In this document: piece after piece, positions 50,912-64,000 of the stretch
Position numbering within the stretch: the first letter of the stretch is position 1
Layout: each line of letters starts with the position of its first letter
Assembly: GCA_047967505.1 (NCBI GenBank)
Contig: CM106538.1
Reading direction: 5' to 3' (one strand)
DNA: 64,000 nucleotides
DNA from: Dipteris shenzhenensis
Taxonomy: Eukaryota
Made by a program: the position numbers and the translations under genes
The notes under the pieces: generated by a model
The model's database searches: none
Told to the model about the DNA's origin: nothing
The model's input: the letters and a program-made list of their open reading frames with translations, nothing else

Positions 50912-51800
50912 AAATTTAGCCAAATGTATACCAAACACAAGTCAAGCATTCTGTATGTAACCAATCTGCCAAGAAGGTAGCATTGTCCATGCTTGTGTGG
51001 ATTGTCCCCTCAAACCCAAACCCAAACTCAAACCAAAACCCCCACAACCATATAATGTTATGCTTGATGTTCCATCATGCATTATTAGGATTGAAAAATA
51101 AATTGTAACTTGTGAATGTCATTACACAAGAATAAAAAGTGGTAGCCAAGCATCATTTTGTTCCTATTCAAACAAGAAGGCCTCTACAAAAGAAAACACA
51201 ATGCCCATTAATCCTCCACCTAAGTATATCAACTTCGAGACTGGACCCTCATATAAAAGAATCCCATATCTTAATGATGAATCAGAGAAGGTCCCTTTTA
51301 GGCAATTCAAAAATGGATGGAAGATGAACAAGCTCAATTTGAGGCTGAAAAGCAAGCACAAGAGACCTTGCCCCACCAAGACTTGACACCATTATTGGAC
51401 CTATATTCCATCAACAAGGATTTCTCCATAGTGTTCAACAATGCCAACTAAAAGGTGCAGTGCTCTCAAGCATTCTAAGCTACCCCGTGTCCATTCCCAT
51501 CAAAATCTTTTTATGAAAGTGTCCCAAGCTCTGAGATAGTTTCAAACACAAGATATAGTCTTTTCAAAAATGGATGCCAGTCTCATGAAGCAATGTACTC
51601 GCAATGTGAAGGCTGAAGAAGTTCTGACTCAAGAGATTGCAACATTATCATCGAGATCCATCAAGCTTACAACCATCAACTTGTACTCAACCTGGGTGTA
51701 AACCTTTTCTCAACCTAAGTGTTTGTGGTGTACATGGACAATTCTAAAGAAGATTCAATGCCTACTCGTCAAGATGACATGGAACCATGAGAAGTAGTAG
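50912..51800 (+). pseudogene. Degenerate Gypsy gag-pol remnant continuing the host element (also 45124-45376)
   Basis: Resumes directly after the copia TSD. Broken ORFs include ILSYPVSIPIKIFL*KCPKL, resembling the gag-protease linker. Weak. Confidence 0.35.
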
Positions 51801-52099
51801 TGCAACCTAGGCCTCATCCAAGCTACACAACCATTGGTGCAACTGAGTCCCTAGAACTTATGTGGCCATCCTTCTCTAGTTATGTCCTTTCCAATGCCAC
51901 ACAAGCTTTCTAGGGAAATGGGGACTAGGAACTCTATTTAAACATGAATAGTTCCTAAGGGAAACTCCTACCCTTATGGCATATATCTAGGAATTATTAC
52001 ACTTGTATTATAATAGGGATGAGAAAGTAAAAAAGTATGGCACCATTAGTGCGAATCAAAAGCTGCTCGATATTTGTCTCAGCATGCAATGATCGTGGG

Positions 52100-55000
52100 G
52101 ACTTCTCAGGGACTTTTACTTCTAGTTCAAGGGAAAAAATATCCTTCAAGGTCTATTGATGCAAAGTTTCATAATGTGAACATCTCATCTCTTCCATTGT
52201 TGAGCCATTGCCTAGCCACATAATGCATGGTATCATGCTTCAATCATAGAGCCTAACCCCTCTATAATTTAACTGAATCTGCATTTAGATACTCTTTACC
52301 ATCTCCTGGCATTGCATTTATTGTAGCACTATTGATTGTACCAACTTCAAGGTTTTGAGGTGCTAGAATAGCACGTTCTCTAAAATATGATGCATAATAT
52401 GTAACTGTTGATAGTCCTTTATAAACCCACTCAATTAAGCCTTCCATGGAATTTGTCTCTAGAAGCATTCATTAGGAAAAGCCAAAGCTCATTTTGGGGC
52501 CCTGTAAGAAATTTGTGATTTTCTAATTTTCTTGGCTCAAAATAAAAATTTTCTAGAGTGAGAAGCACAAATGTATACGTTCGAGCATTCAATTAGAGAT
52601 ATAAATTGCGAAACAAATAAGCTGACATTTTGAAGTTCCTACTCGAGTGTTCTTTAGTGTGTCATAAATGCTTTGTCCAAGGACCCAAATGGGTTTTTAC
52701 TATTTTTGTGCAAAATTTGGTAGTTTTAGCATCACCATTGTGTCTGGAGTAGGAGAAAACCCCCAAAACAACTTTTAAATCACTAAATTTTGCCTCCCGA
52801 AGGGGTCAGAATGACCAAAACATATGCATGATAGGATTGTGCTTAAGAAAGCAATTTTGGCACTTGGATTGGGGCCAAGTGCCCAAATCGCTTTCTTAAG
52901 CACATTCTTGTCAGGCGCTTGATTTGGTCATTTTGACCTCTCTAAGATTACACTTATGACACAGTGAAAAACACTCAAGCGGGAACTTCAAAATGTCAGT
53001 TTATTTGTTTTGGGATTTGGTGTGGCATTTATGATACGCTAGAAAACAAGAGTGAGAACTTCAAAATGCCAGTGTGACAAGTGTCTTTAGATAGATAAAA
53101 TTCATTTTTTGAAAAAATAAAAGCATTTCTAATGCAACGTTGGCCTCTCTCTCATTGGAGGATCTCTATTTTTTGTCTAACCTAAAAGGCCCCAAAATGA
53201 GCTCTGGCTTTTCCTAATGGTGTTTGGAATTAAAATATTTCCTTCTTGCATATCTCTACCTATTCCATTTCCATGTCTATAACCCACTATATGAATTGTT
53301 GCCTTCTTGCATATCTGTGCTTATTCCATTTCCTATGTCTATAATCCACTATATGAATTCTTGCTCTGTTGAGGTTTCACCAATTTGAAGAACTCGCATA
53401 TTTTGTGTGAGTTTTAAGACTTTTGTATTTCTCCAAATTTTTGAGTGGCATAATATAGCATTGACAATCTCCTCTCTTCCTATCTTTGGAACCACCTGCA
53501 ACACATGTCTAAAATCTCCACCCAATAGCACCACCTTTCCACCAAAAAGTTTGTCATTAGACATGATATCTTGCAATGTTGTTGTTAACACTTATATTTC
53601 AAGTGCTACTAAGATGTAGATGCAATGGTATCTTGAAAGGTAAGTGTGATGTGCATCCATTAGCTAGTAACAATGCTACAATTCCTAAAGATGCACATGC
53701 TAAAGCAATATATCCCTCTCCATGTAGCCGAGAGAGCAAACATTTATAGAGGAAGGTCTTTCCAGATCCTTTTGTTGCCAAAATTTAATTGAAGGTGAAT
53801 TGCTGACAATCATTTAGAGTTCTTTCCATCTCTTGAGAAATTTCTTTCTGTTGCACAAAATCAAACATCCTCTCTTCTTGGAATAAACCATTTGTATTAG
53901 AGAAAGACATTCGGTCTATTATAGGTAATCCATCAAAATCTACCAACCTATTGCCATGTTCTTGAAGAATTTGTTATAAATACAATAATGACTTCTTTTC
54001 TGCTATTGAACAATGATCAATTATATTCTCCACACTTCATTTCAAGGCATGGAAAAAATCATTTGAAAGTGCCGATGAAAATTTGTCCCATAAAAGGCAT
54101 GGAGACGTAGGCTGACAAAAGACAAAATTGTGACAAATAGATGTCTTAATTGCATGTTATTTTGATCGAACAAAGCCTCTTGCATACACACAAACTACTC
54201 TTCATCACTTTCCAATAGACCTCTAGCTAAGCATGCTGCCTTGAATGAAGGATGAAGCTGTCCATCAAAAGTTCTTAAATCATCACAGGACTTACAACCC
54301 GTATAAGTAGTTAGCAACATACGCATGAAGTATTGCTCTCCAACGGATGGTGAAACATTGTACATCCACTCAATAGTGTTATCTGATTTTCTTTTGGTCC
54401 ATTTCTTGTTTGATTTGTTCCAAACCTATTTTCCTAGAAAGTCACCGTAAAGTACATTGTTTGCTTCGTATTGCAATTCATTGCATTGGAACCATTCTGT
54501 AAGAGTAGTTTTTCTATTTTGCTCCCTATCCACCACATTTTGCAAGTCATCATCATCTCAAAATGTTACACCATTCAACATTGGAAGATGAAATTGCAAT
54601 CTTTGGACGTTTGGTTTTTCATTGTGCATTTCATACTCATAAATCCTCAACATGCTTCTGATGCTGACACATGACATGCATCTAAATACATGCTAATTTT
54701 ATCCATGATGCAATTATTTTGATTATTTGATTCACCTTGTTCTTCTATAGGATTTTCCATTTGCATCTTGATTGTAGCCTATCATGACCTTTATATACAC
54801 ATTTCTACAAATATTTAATAGTTGTGATAGTGGAGCAAACTTCAATATTGATGTGTGCCTTGTACTTCATTGATAGGAAATGATTGAAAGGCACAATCCA
54901 ACGGTTGTCTACAATACCCTCTCTCACCTTGATATTTTTACCATCATCTCTATGCATATACATAGGATAACCATCATTACCCACAATAGTACATTGAGAG

Positions 55001-55790
55001 AAGGAGCATGGGTAATGTCGATTGCATTTGCCGTCAATCATGCAAGTAGCATAGGCATTGAACGCATCACATGGGACATGAACATTACATTGCTTGATAA
55101 TTGCATGCAACTCAAGAAATAATGTCACATCAGGTATCTCTACACATACCAAGTGGTCATAGTGGCTAACCTCTATAGGTTTATAAGCACCTTCCAAAAT
55201 CAACAGTATATGCAAGTGTGGCAAACCTCTCTTCGTAAATTCTATCACACAAACATATCCGGTCCAGCTACTTTTCCAAACAAATTATCCTTTAAAATTG
55301 ATTGCATCATATCCTTGTGCTTTTGATAGAAGACATGTGTTGTCAGATCTGGACAATCGTGTGCACTCTAACCTGGCAAAAGTCTTTTTGATATCTCAAC
55401 CCATTTTGGATTGCAAATAAATATGATAAATAAATCATGTTTTTTCCTTTTCCTTACAATTTTGATTGCATCCTGATGTAATTGGCACATATACCTTAGT
55501 CCTCCTGTAAAAGATGATGGCAATGCAACCCTATGTCCTACAGCATTGCCCAATAAATTAACTACCCCATCATTTGAATTTACCATGTCTGTTAATCCTT
55601 GATAAACCTTTGCATGCAAAGATGCCTAATTGCTGTGTATCCATATTAACCTAGATTCTTCCATGCTACTATATGCATCAACAATGTGCTGTTGGATTAA
55701 TCTTCCCCCACATAGAAGGCATGCATTTGTATATGTTGTCACTTGCAAATGGTATGCATAATATTGTCTTTGTGTGACAGACTGCATCCC
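52100..55790 (-). mobile_element. Helitron Rep/helicase remnant (pseudogene)
   Basis: LPSSFTGGLRYM, FICNPKWVEI, HUH motif IEFTKRGLPHLHILL, DNRWIVPFN...KYKAHINIEVCSTITTIKYL, Walker A GSGKTFLY, Pif1 motif FGGKVVLLGGDFR, ERAILAPQN. Termini not identified. Confidence 0.92.
52470..53219. mobile_element. 750-bp non-autonomous TIR element (MITE/fold-back) inserted in the Helitron helicase
   Basis: ~32-bp TIRs CATTAGGAAAAGCCAAAGCTCATTTTGGGGCC and GGCCCCAAAATGAGCTCTGGCTTTTCCTAATG; removal restores the frame ILIPNT-MLLETNSMEGLIEWVY. Confidence 0.88.
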
Positions 55791-55799
55791 TAAAAGAAA

Positions 55800-56070
55800 G
55801 ACTCTACCAATTAGAGAAGCATACAGAGACCAGATTAGTTGCTTGCCATGCCATGACAACAACAAAATAGAGAAGGAAGGCATGGTTTGAAAGAAACCTT
55901 AAAGACAAAGACATCAAGGAAGGTGACTTGGTTTTGTTGTACAATACCAAAGTCCACAAGGGCAAACTCAAATTCTAGGTCAAGGACCTTATAGATTCAA
56001 AACAATGAACCCCATTGGAGCTATGCTGCTAGAAACACTGGATGGAGTCCAATTCACAACAAATAGCTAT
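55800..56070 (+). pseudogene. Gypsy integrase C-terminal GPY/F region
   Basis: Manual translation KDKDIKEGDLVLLYNTKVHKGKLKF*GQGPYRFKTMNPIGAMLLETLDG. Confidence 0.75.
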
Positions 56071-57079
56071 AGGTGTTTTTCTTATAGAGCATCCTTTCTA
56101 CTTTTCGCTAGAGCATCTTGTGTAGGGAGCTATTGCTGCATTTGCTCTGATATGCTTTCTTTGGTCTTATGAATTTTAGTCTCGACACTTTGCAACTAGG
56201 TTTGGAGTGATGGGAGCATCTGCCTTTCCATTTCTCTTTCGTGCTCATCTGATGCCATGGTAGAAAACAATTGTGACCATTATTGTAATTGTTGACTGTG
56301 ATGTTGTATGATCTAGAATGTGCTATGGCCTTGCTTGTATCCTGGGGCGCCAACTCCCTTTAGTAAGAAAACCTATCAAAATCTTGAGTATGAGATGAAT
56401 TTAACAATATGCCATGAGTATAAATTATTCAAATTAACAAGGTTGTGTTCTACTCTAAAAGAGCTTCAAATATGTCTTTACACTTTGAAATTTGGGTAAC
56501 ACATGAAAAAGCTACATTAATTTGAAAGGAGATGGGTTTTCATATTTTAGTGTATTTTTTGTTTTACCCCCCCTAGGGCCTCACATATTATGAAAAATAT
56601 ATACAAATCTTAAAATCTTGCAATTTTTCAAGGTATGTAGCTTATATTTTGTGGGACAGGACATGAAATTTTCATATTTTTCCCTTGCATATTTGAAGTC
56701 TTTAAAGGAAATCCATGCATATTATTTATCGACCTTGTCCCCCCATATCCTAGGTTTTGGACAAGGGTAGTAACATATTACATATTGAATTGGCACCCTA
56801 CGGCTTGTATTGGACATATAGTTGACTCGCATGTGCCCATGTGGGATTTTGATCTATTTCTTGAATAGCAGTCTATTGTATGGTGCCAGTAGAGAGATTT
56901 GGGGATTGTGACTTTAGAGTCATGGAGTTGTCAACGTTGACCACTTGTGATTCTTGAAGAGGCATGCTATTTGGCTCACTTGTAAAGTCATTGTGTGGCC
57001 TGGTCTCCTCTTGGATTTTCATGCTCGAGCCCTTCTATTGTGGTAGCAATACTGAATTGAGTTGCAGGATTATTTGGCA

Positions 57080-57620
57080 GAGTTCCACATTGTCATTCTG
57101 TAGAAAGGAAGAGGTCGAGTTATCCCTCTCCCAAATGCAAGTCACTTGTGATGATCTTAAAAAGGAAATGGTGCACTTAAATGCAAGACTACTACTTAAA
57201 GAGGATAAGCTCCATGCCATAATAGACACAAACAATGAGTTGCAAAACAACCTCAAAGAAGGTAAACATCGAATTCAAGTGCTAGAGAAGGAATGGATGG
57301 CATCAAGGGAGACACTTGTGAATACCCAATCAGAATTGGATGCTCAAGAATAAGAGATACTCCAACTCTATGTGCTTAATGATCAATTGCCAAGGCAGCC
57401 AAAAGATGCTCAGCAATTCAATAGTCTAAAGCTTGCATACACCTCAACACTGTGTAAGTATAAAGAAAAGTGCATAGAGTTGCAAAATCAAAAGGCAATA
57501 ATTTCCAAGTTGGAACTTCAACTACTAAGTCAAGCCGATGCCGATGTGGAGGGGTATGCACAAGATCTTTTGCTACAAGGCATCACTACATTATACCAAG
57601 AGCTTGTTGCAGTCCTCTAA
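57080..57620 (+). pseudogene. Coiled-coil ORF remnant, possibly an accessory ORF of the Gypsy element
   Basis: Same-frame ORFs 56964-57353 and 57372-57620 separated by one stop; heptad-like L/E/K/Q composition. Confidence 0.35.
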
Positions 57621-57923
57621 CAAGAGGATCGCCTTAAAGGAAGAATACGCATACCATGGAAACACTTGCAAATCAAGATGGTACATGCAGTATCTAGTCT
57701 TGATTAGACCAGGCCAATAAGCACAAAGACTCTCTAGTATCTATGCCAAAAGATGGATGAAGATGAGAAAAATGTGTTCTGTCTCTCAATTCATACAAAT
57801 CTCATATAGTTAAAGCTTGATGCAATACTACTATATGAATGCTTGATGGGAAGCCCCCCTCTTCGGGTAGTAGGCAGCCTCGTACCCTTAAGGAAAAAAT
57901 CACCAGCAACTTCCTTGGGATAC

Positions 57924-60900
57924 TATTAGATATCAATGCTCCACTCTCGTGTAACTATGCAGGAACCAGCTAACTCTACTTGTAAGCCCCCCATATGAGG
58001 AGAAGGCATTTGAATAGCTCGGTTATCCGGTAGGTCCTGGTTTCGATACCAGATGGGGGCCATGTGTGGCCTCATGGCTAGACGGCTTCAGATAGAGTTG
58101 GCACACTGCCAACTAGGCTACATGCAAGTGCGGGAAGGCATCCCTTGACTGACTGCACTGAGGGTAGAGGGAGCATTTCTCGAGGCAACCCACTCTTGGG
58201 TTGCGGGGCCCGTTTGGAGCCTCAAATGATCCCGGATGGCTCTGGGCCGAATGGAGACCGTAGGTTAGTAGCTCTATTTTGTGCACCGGTTTTATCATAT
58301 GGTCGGTGGCCTAATTCGGGACCAACCCCCAGTCGATCATTTTGGTCGGGCTGGGTCGGTCACCCAATTGAGCCTAACCGACTATGACTGGTGGCTATAT
58401 AAGAGCAAGCCTATGAAGTCCATTTCATCACTGGCTACAGCAACCCTGATTCCTTAGCATCCAGCCTCCGTATTCTACTATTTCTAGCATGCCATCGAAG
58501 CTTCTTTCACAGGAGCACACGGTTGGGAGGCAGCGCCATCTATTGTATCAATTCTACAGTAATTAAATTTTTGATCTCCATACTATCTTGTTTTCTCTCT
58601 TGCGTATGAAATCCTGTTATCTGTTGAGCACAGACGTTGTATTATTTTCTTACATGGTATTAGAGCCTAGACTCTAGCAAGAAGATTTGGTGGTGTGTTT
58701 TCTGTTTGTGAGCAGATTGTGAGAGATGGCCCAGCCCGCAAGACTGCGAATCCCACCGTTTGATGAAAGCGAAAAGTTGGATGACTCTAACTATCCACTC
58801 GTGGATCATTGACACTGGTGCATCGTGCCACATGACCAGTCGAAAGGATTGGTATACCTCTCTACAGTCGGTAGGGAATGACATCTTGGTAGCAGTCAGC
58901 AATGATGCAAAATGTCCAGCAAAAGGAAAAGGTACGATTGCTCTCAAGTTAGATAGAGTTGTAAAACAGTTGTCCGATGTTCTTTATGTGCTAGATATCA
59001 AGAGGAACTTGTTGTCTGTTTCTGCAATCATGGATTGGGACCTCAAAGTTCAATTTGATAAGAATGGTGTACAAATTCTGGATCATCAAGGGAAGGTCAT
59101 TGGTAAAGGTACACAGTGCAACAACATTTACAAACTCTCAGCTTTTAGTGCTCGAGCGGATGTGAAGAACACTAAGCTGTGGCATGAGAGGTTTGGTCAT
59201 CTAAACCTTAGTTCTTTGAAGGAGGTGTATAAAACTAGAATGATTGCAGACCTACTAGAAATTTCAGATTTTCCCGATGTATGTGAAGGTTGCATGATGG
59301 GAAGGCAGCATCGGCATCCCTTTCCTAAAGAGGCCAGCAGGGCAAAGGCTCCTCTAGAGCTCGTTCACACGGACCTCTGCAAAAAGATCGAGACGGAAGC
59401 TTTGGGTGGTTCCTACTACTTCATGAGGCTTATCGATGACTACAGTAGAAGGATATGGATATACTTCCTAAAGATGAAAGAAAGGCTTTCAGTAGGTTCA
59501 AGGAATGGCATGTAATGGTCGAGAAAGAATCGAGGAGGAAGGTGAAGAAGTTGAGATCAGACAGAGATGGAGAGTTCACATCGACTGAATTCGAAAGTTA
59601 CTACAAAAGTCATGGAATCAAGAGGCAAAAACCCCCACCACATACATCACAGAAAAATGGAGTAGTAGAATGCAAGATGCGTGTCATCTGTGAAATGGGC
59701 CAGAGTATGATGAAAGGGAAAGATTTGCCAAAGTCTTTCTGGGTTGAAGCATGTAACACTACACTTTACATCCTGAATCGTAGCTACACGAAGGCTGTGA
59801 ATGGGATGACTCCACTGCAAGCCTTTTCTGGAAAGAAACCTTCAACTGCACATTTCAGAGTTTTTTGATGTGACTGTTTTGTGCATGTCCCTGATGCTAC
59901 CAGGACCAAATGGAAACCAAAGAGCCGGAAGTGTATTTTCTTAGGCTACAGTGAAGAGGCGAAGGGTTACCATCTCTATAACCCTATTACCAAGAAGGTA
60001 ATTGTAAGTCGTGATGTGGTCTTCTAAGAACAGCCGCATCAATTGGAGGAGGATGCTTCCTTCCCAAACAACCAGGACCAGGATATCCATCCAGTACTGC
60101 CACCAACAGTAGATCAAACTCCCCCAATGGTGCTTGGGAGGATTCAAGACAAAGAAGATGAAGAAGAGCCTGCAGAACCACAACAGCAATGGCCATTCCC
60201 AAAGTAGGTAAAGCAGCTTTTGGACGGCAGAGAACCTCCAGCAATTGAGGAGGAACCATCCGAACACCGCCAGTCCAAGAGATTAGAGGAGCAAAGAAGG
60301 GCACAGGAACACTTAGCCAACTATGCTTTGATGACAAAAGTGATCTGTGCTGATGAACCCAAGTGTCTTGAAGAGGCACAGGGCGATGATAGGTGGATGG
60401 AGGCTATGCAGTCGGAGTATGGCTCCATAATGAAGAACAACACTTGGGACCTTGTGGATCGACCACCAAAACGCGAGGTAATGAGAACCAAGTGGGTGTA
60501 CAAGACCAAGTACAAGTCCAATGGGATGTTGGATAAGTACAAGGCTCGACTCATGGCAAAAGGATTTGAACAAGTACATGGTTTTGATTATCAAGATACT
60601 TTTGCTCCCACAGCTCGACTAACCACAATTCGTAGTGTTTTGGCTTTAGCTGCCCAGGGAAGTTGGCCCGTGTTTTAGATGGATGTGAAATCTACCTTTC
60701 TGAATGGAGATCTCAAGGAGGAGGTATACGTGGAACAACCACTAGGTTTTGAGTTCCCGGTTGAGAAGGTAAACTCTGCAAACTAAAGAAGGCACTTTAC
60801 GGGCTAAAACAGGCCCCACGAGTGTGGTACCAACGAATTGATTCCTACTTTTTACAAAACGGGTTCAGGAGGAGCCCATCTGATGCAAATTTATATATCT

Positions 60901-62652
60901 TCAGAGAAGGAGGCAGGTGTATGATCGTGGTCCTTTATGTGGACGACCTTGTCATAACAGGGAACCATGAAGAGCAGATCTTGCAGACGAAGCCTTTGCT
61001 AGGAAGAGAGTTTGAAATGACAGACCTCGGACTGATGCATTTCTATTTGGGGATTGAAGTTTGGCAAGAGCTGAAACAGATCGTCATTTCACAGTTGAAG
61101 TATGCTGGAGAGATACTAAAGGCATTTGGCATGGCTGAGTGCAAGAAAGTTGGTACCCCTATGGAGGTTGACGTGAAGCTCTCAAATGAGGATTCATTAC
61201 CACTGGTGGACAAAGCAAAGTACAAATGGCTTGTGGGTAGCTTGATTTACTTGTGCAACACACGACTGGACATCAGTTTTGCGACTGGTGTACTAAGCAG
61301 GTTTTCCAATAAGCCTCGGGAGAACCATTGGAGGGTAGGGATGCAAGTGTTGAAATACATCAAAGGAACGCTTGATTATGGCATCACCTATATCAAGGGC
61401 AACATCTTGACCAGATTCTGTGACTCGGATTGGGCAAGAGACATGGACAGCAGGAGATCAATGGCAGGGTACTGTTTCTCACTTGGATCTGGAGTTGTGT
61501 CATGGGTCAGCAAGAAGCAATCCACAGTTGCTCTTTCTTCTACCGAGGCCAAGTACAAATCTGCATGCTTTGCTTCTTGCGAGGCAGTGTGGTTGAGGAG
61601 GATTTTGGGGGACATGGGTGCAGTGCAGAACAAGCCTACGTAGTAATCATGTGATAATCAGAGTTGCATGGCGATTGCAAAGAACCCGATATTCCACACT
61701 TGCAAAAAACACATTGAGATTCAATATCACTTTGTACATGAGCTCATCATGGATAGAGAGGTCAACTTGGTGTACTATTCGACTACAGAGAATGCTGCGG
61801 ACATCTTCACGAAGGCTCTTGGAAGAGACTTGCTGGAGAGGCATCTTCATCGACTTGGCATTGGGCCAAAAAAGTAAGTTCACTTGCGAGTGGACATTGA
61901 GGGGGGGTGTTAGATATCAATGCTCCACTCTTGTGTAACTACGTGGGAACCAGTTAACTCTACTTGTAAGCCCCCCATATAAGGAGAAGGCATTTGAGTA
62001 GCTCAGTTATCCGGTTTGGACACCAGATGGGGGTCATGTGTGGTTTGATGGCTGGACGGCTTCAAATAGAGTTGGCACACCACCAACTAGGCTACATGCA
62101 AGTGTGAGAAGGCATCCCTTGACTGACCACACTGAGGGTAGACGAAGCATTTCTTGGGGCAGCCCACCACTCTTGGGTTTCGGGGCCCGTTTGGAGCCTC
62201 AGATGATCCCAGATGGCTCTGGGCCACCGAACAGGCTCTGTAGGTCAGTAGCTCTATTTTGCACACCGGATCTATTGTATGGTCGGTGGCCTATTTTGGG
62301 ACCGACCTCCAGTCAACCGTTTTGGGCAGCCTATTTCGGGACTGACCGTTTTGTGCGGTCACCCAATTGAGCCTAACTGACTATGACTGGTGGCTATATA
62401 AGAGCAAGCCGGTGAAGCCCTTTTTCATCACTGGCTATAGCAACCCTGATTCCTTAGCATCCAGCCTCCGTCTTCTACTATTTTCAACACGCCATCGAAG
62501 CATCTTTCATAGGAGCACACGGTTGGGAGGCAGCGCCATCTATTGTATCAGTTCTATAGTAATCAAATTTTTGATTCTCCATACTATCTTGTTTTCTCTC
62601 TTGCATACGAGATCCTGTTATCTGTTGAGCATAGACGTATTATTTTCTTACA
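57924..62652 (+). mobile_element. Ty1/copia LTR retrotransposon (copy 2, same family, gag deleted)
   Basis: LTRs 57924-58654 (TA...CA, terminal TG mutated) and 61908-62652, TSD GATAC (57919-57923 and 62653-62657), PBS TGGTATTAGAGC at 58655, PPT GAGGGGGGG. Confidence 0.97.
58726..61877 (+). pseudogene. Copia pol (PR-IN-RT-RH), disrupted, with only the first ~25 gag codons
   Basis: MAQPARLRIPPFD...NYPL joined directly to WIIDTGAS; integrase, YVDD reverse transcriptase and RNase H motifs follow. Confidence 0.93.
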
Positions 62653-64000
62653 GATACAACTTCGAGAAAAATCCTACATTAAAGGTGACAATGCCTACCA
62701 GAAGTGACAAAGATCTGCCAAAGGAATATAAGGTCTAGCTTCAATATAATCTCTGTTGTCTTGCCACACAACATTTTGCTTGATTTGCATTTGTGAATAA
62801 TGCTTTCATGACATCACACATGCAATGATGACAAAACCTTACCAATAGTTAAAAAGTGAGAGACCAGCTATTTTTGTTGTTGGTAATCTTCCATTTACCA
62901 TTGATAGTTCCTCAAAATATCATGGGTAACATAACTATTACCATTGGTAGCATTACAAGTATCATTTAAAAAAGAGATATTGCCGAAAAAATATTTAGGT
63001 GCAAATTTTCTAGATAGTAGCTAGTAAATGATATTTTATTGGCAGTAGTACGACTTTGAGCAATGGTAATAGGGATTTTATAAACCATAAAACTACCATC
63101 ATGATAATATAAGGATGTGCTAGTTTAGTTTTACCAGTTTTGGGTCATTGTTTGCTTGGGTGTAGCCATTTTTTGTGAGGTTCACGGACTTTTTTGTATA
63201 TGGGTATCTTGCATGAGCCATAACCTATGCATTGCTCAATGAAATTCGGCAAACTTTGTCTTCAAGTTGTAGTACATTCCAAACTTGAACATGAGAGCAA
63301 AAATTTATGGAATAAGGATTCAGAACAAGACCGTTAAAGCATTACAAGTGCTATGTTGCATGTGAAGCATGCATCTTGAAGACTATAGGATATAGTAATT
63401 TATTCAAAAACGTTAAAATTTTGTTCTATATATACATGCAACCAAGTAATCATTCTAAAGTACACTACATGAGCTTCTCCTCAACCTGAGGACACATGTA
63501 AATGAGATCATTATGCACGGGTTAATGGGCCTCCAATGTTGTGCTAAAGTGATGCATACCCATTTAAGGGCACACTCCATAACTTTTTTTTGATTTGTTG
63601 AAAACCAAAATGAATTGAAATTTTCAAATCCAAACTATTGGTGCATGTGCAAAGATATTTTAACAAATCCAACACTATTTACAATTTTGAATTGTTTCTT
63701 TTTCCATGCACTTGCTTGCTATATGGTTTATAAGCATGCCAAAGGTCATTTCATTTAATAATACACAGCATCAAACCCAATAGCGTGCCCTTTGGCCTAT
63801 TTGTGTTTTGAAGCATTTTAAGCCACATTGCACTTGTTTGGGAGAAATTTTGCTACTCCCACAAATTTTGAATTTTTACAGCTCCCGCCCATCAAATCTT
63901 GGAAGATTAAGTACCTGCAACCTACCCCCTCCCTACAATTGCCTTACAGCCTACATGCACCTCGACATGACCTTGCCCAAACTTTGGTTTTTGCCATTGT

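Overview
Plant nuclear DNA, probably from a non-seed plant such as a fern (inference from gene and TE style). One intact host gene, an AS2/ASL1-like LOB-domain transcription factor (1311-1838), is followed by about 60 kb of nested, mostly pseudogenised transposons. The oldest layer is a fragmented Ty3/Gypsy element. A CACTA/CMC element (CACAA termini, ATC target duplication, 11135-45120) sits inside it, and its transposase is split by a 29-kb element (14714-43744) that fits no standard category I recognise. That element has 20-bp inverted repeats set 4 and 1 nt inside its ends, only an AA direct repeat at the junctions, and a Sola1/DUF7869-like DDD transposase with a CACTA-Tnp1-like N-terminus on the minus strand. 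Its centre holds two oppositely oriented arrays of a ~182-bp satellite with 546-bp higher-order structure, a GC-rich palindrome minisatellite and a TATA/CCAAT promoter. On the plus strand it carries a gene with a ParB-like motif and three tandem Ulp1-like protease domains. Downstream are two Ty1/copia copies of one family (both with LTR pairs and 5-bp TSDs), a Helitron Rep/helicase remnant interrupted by a fold-back MITE, and more Gypsy debris. A 2.5-kb duplication with filler DNA marks a rearranged left end of the CACTA element. Domain names come from motif recognition by eye, not database searches.
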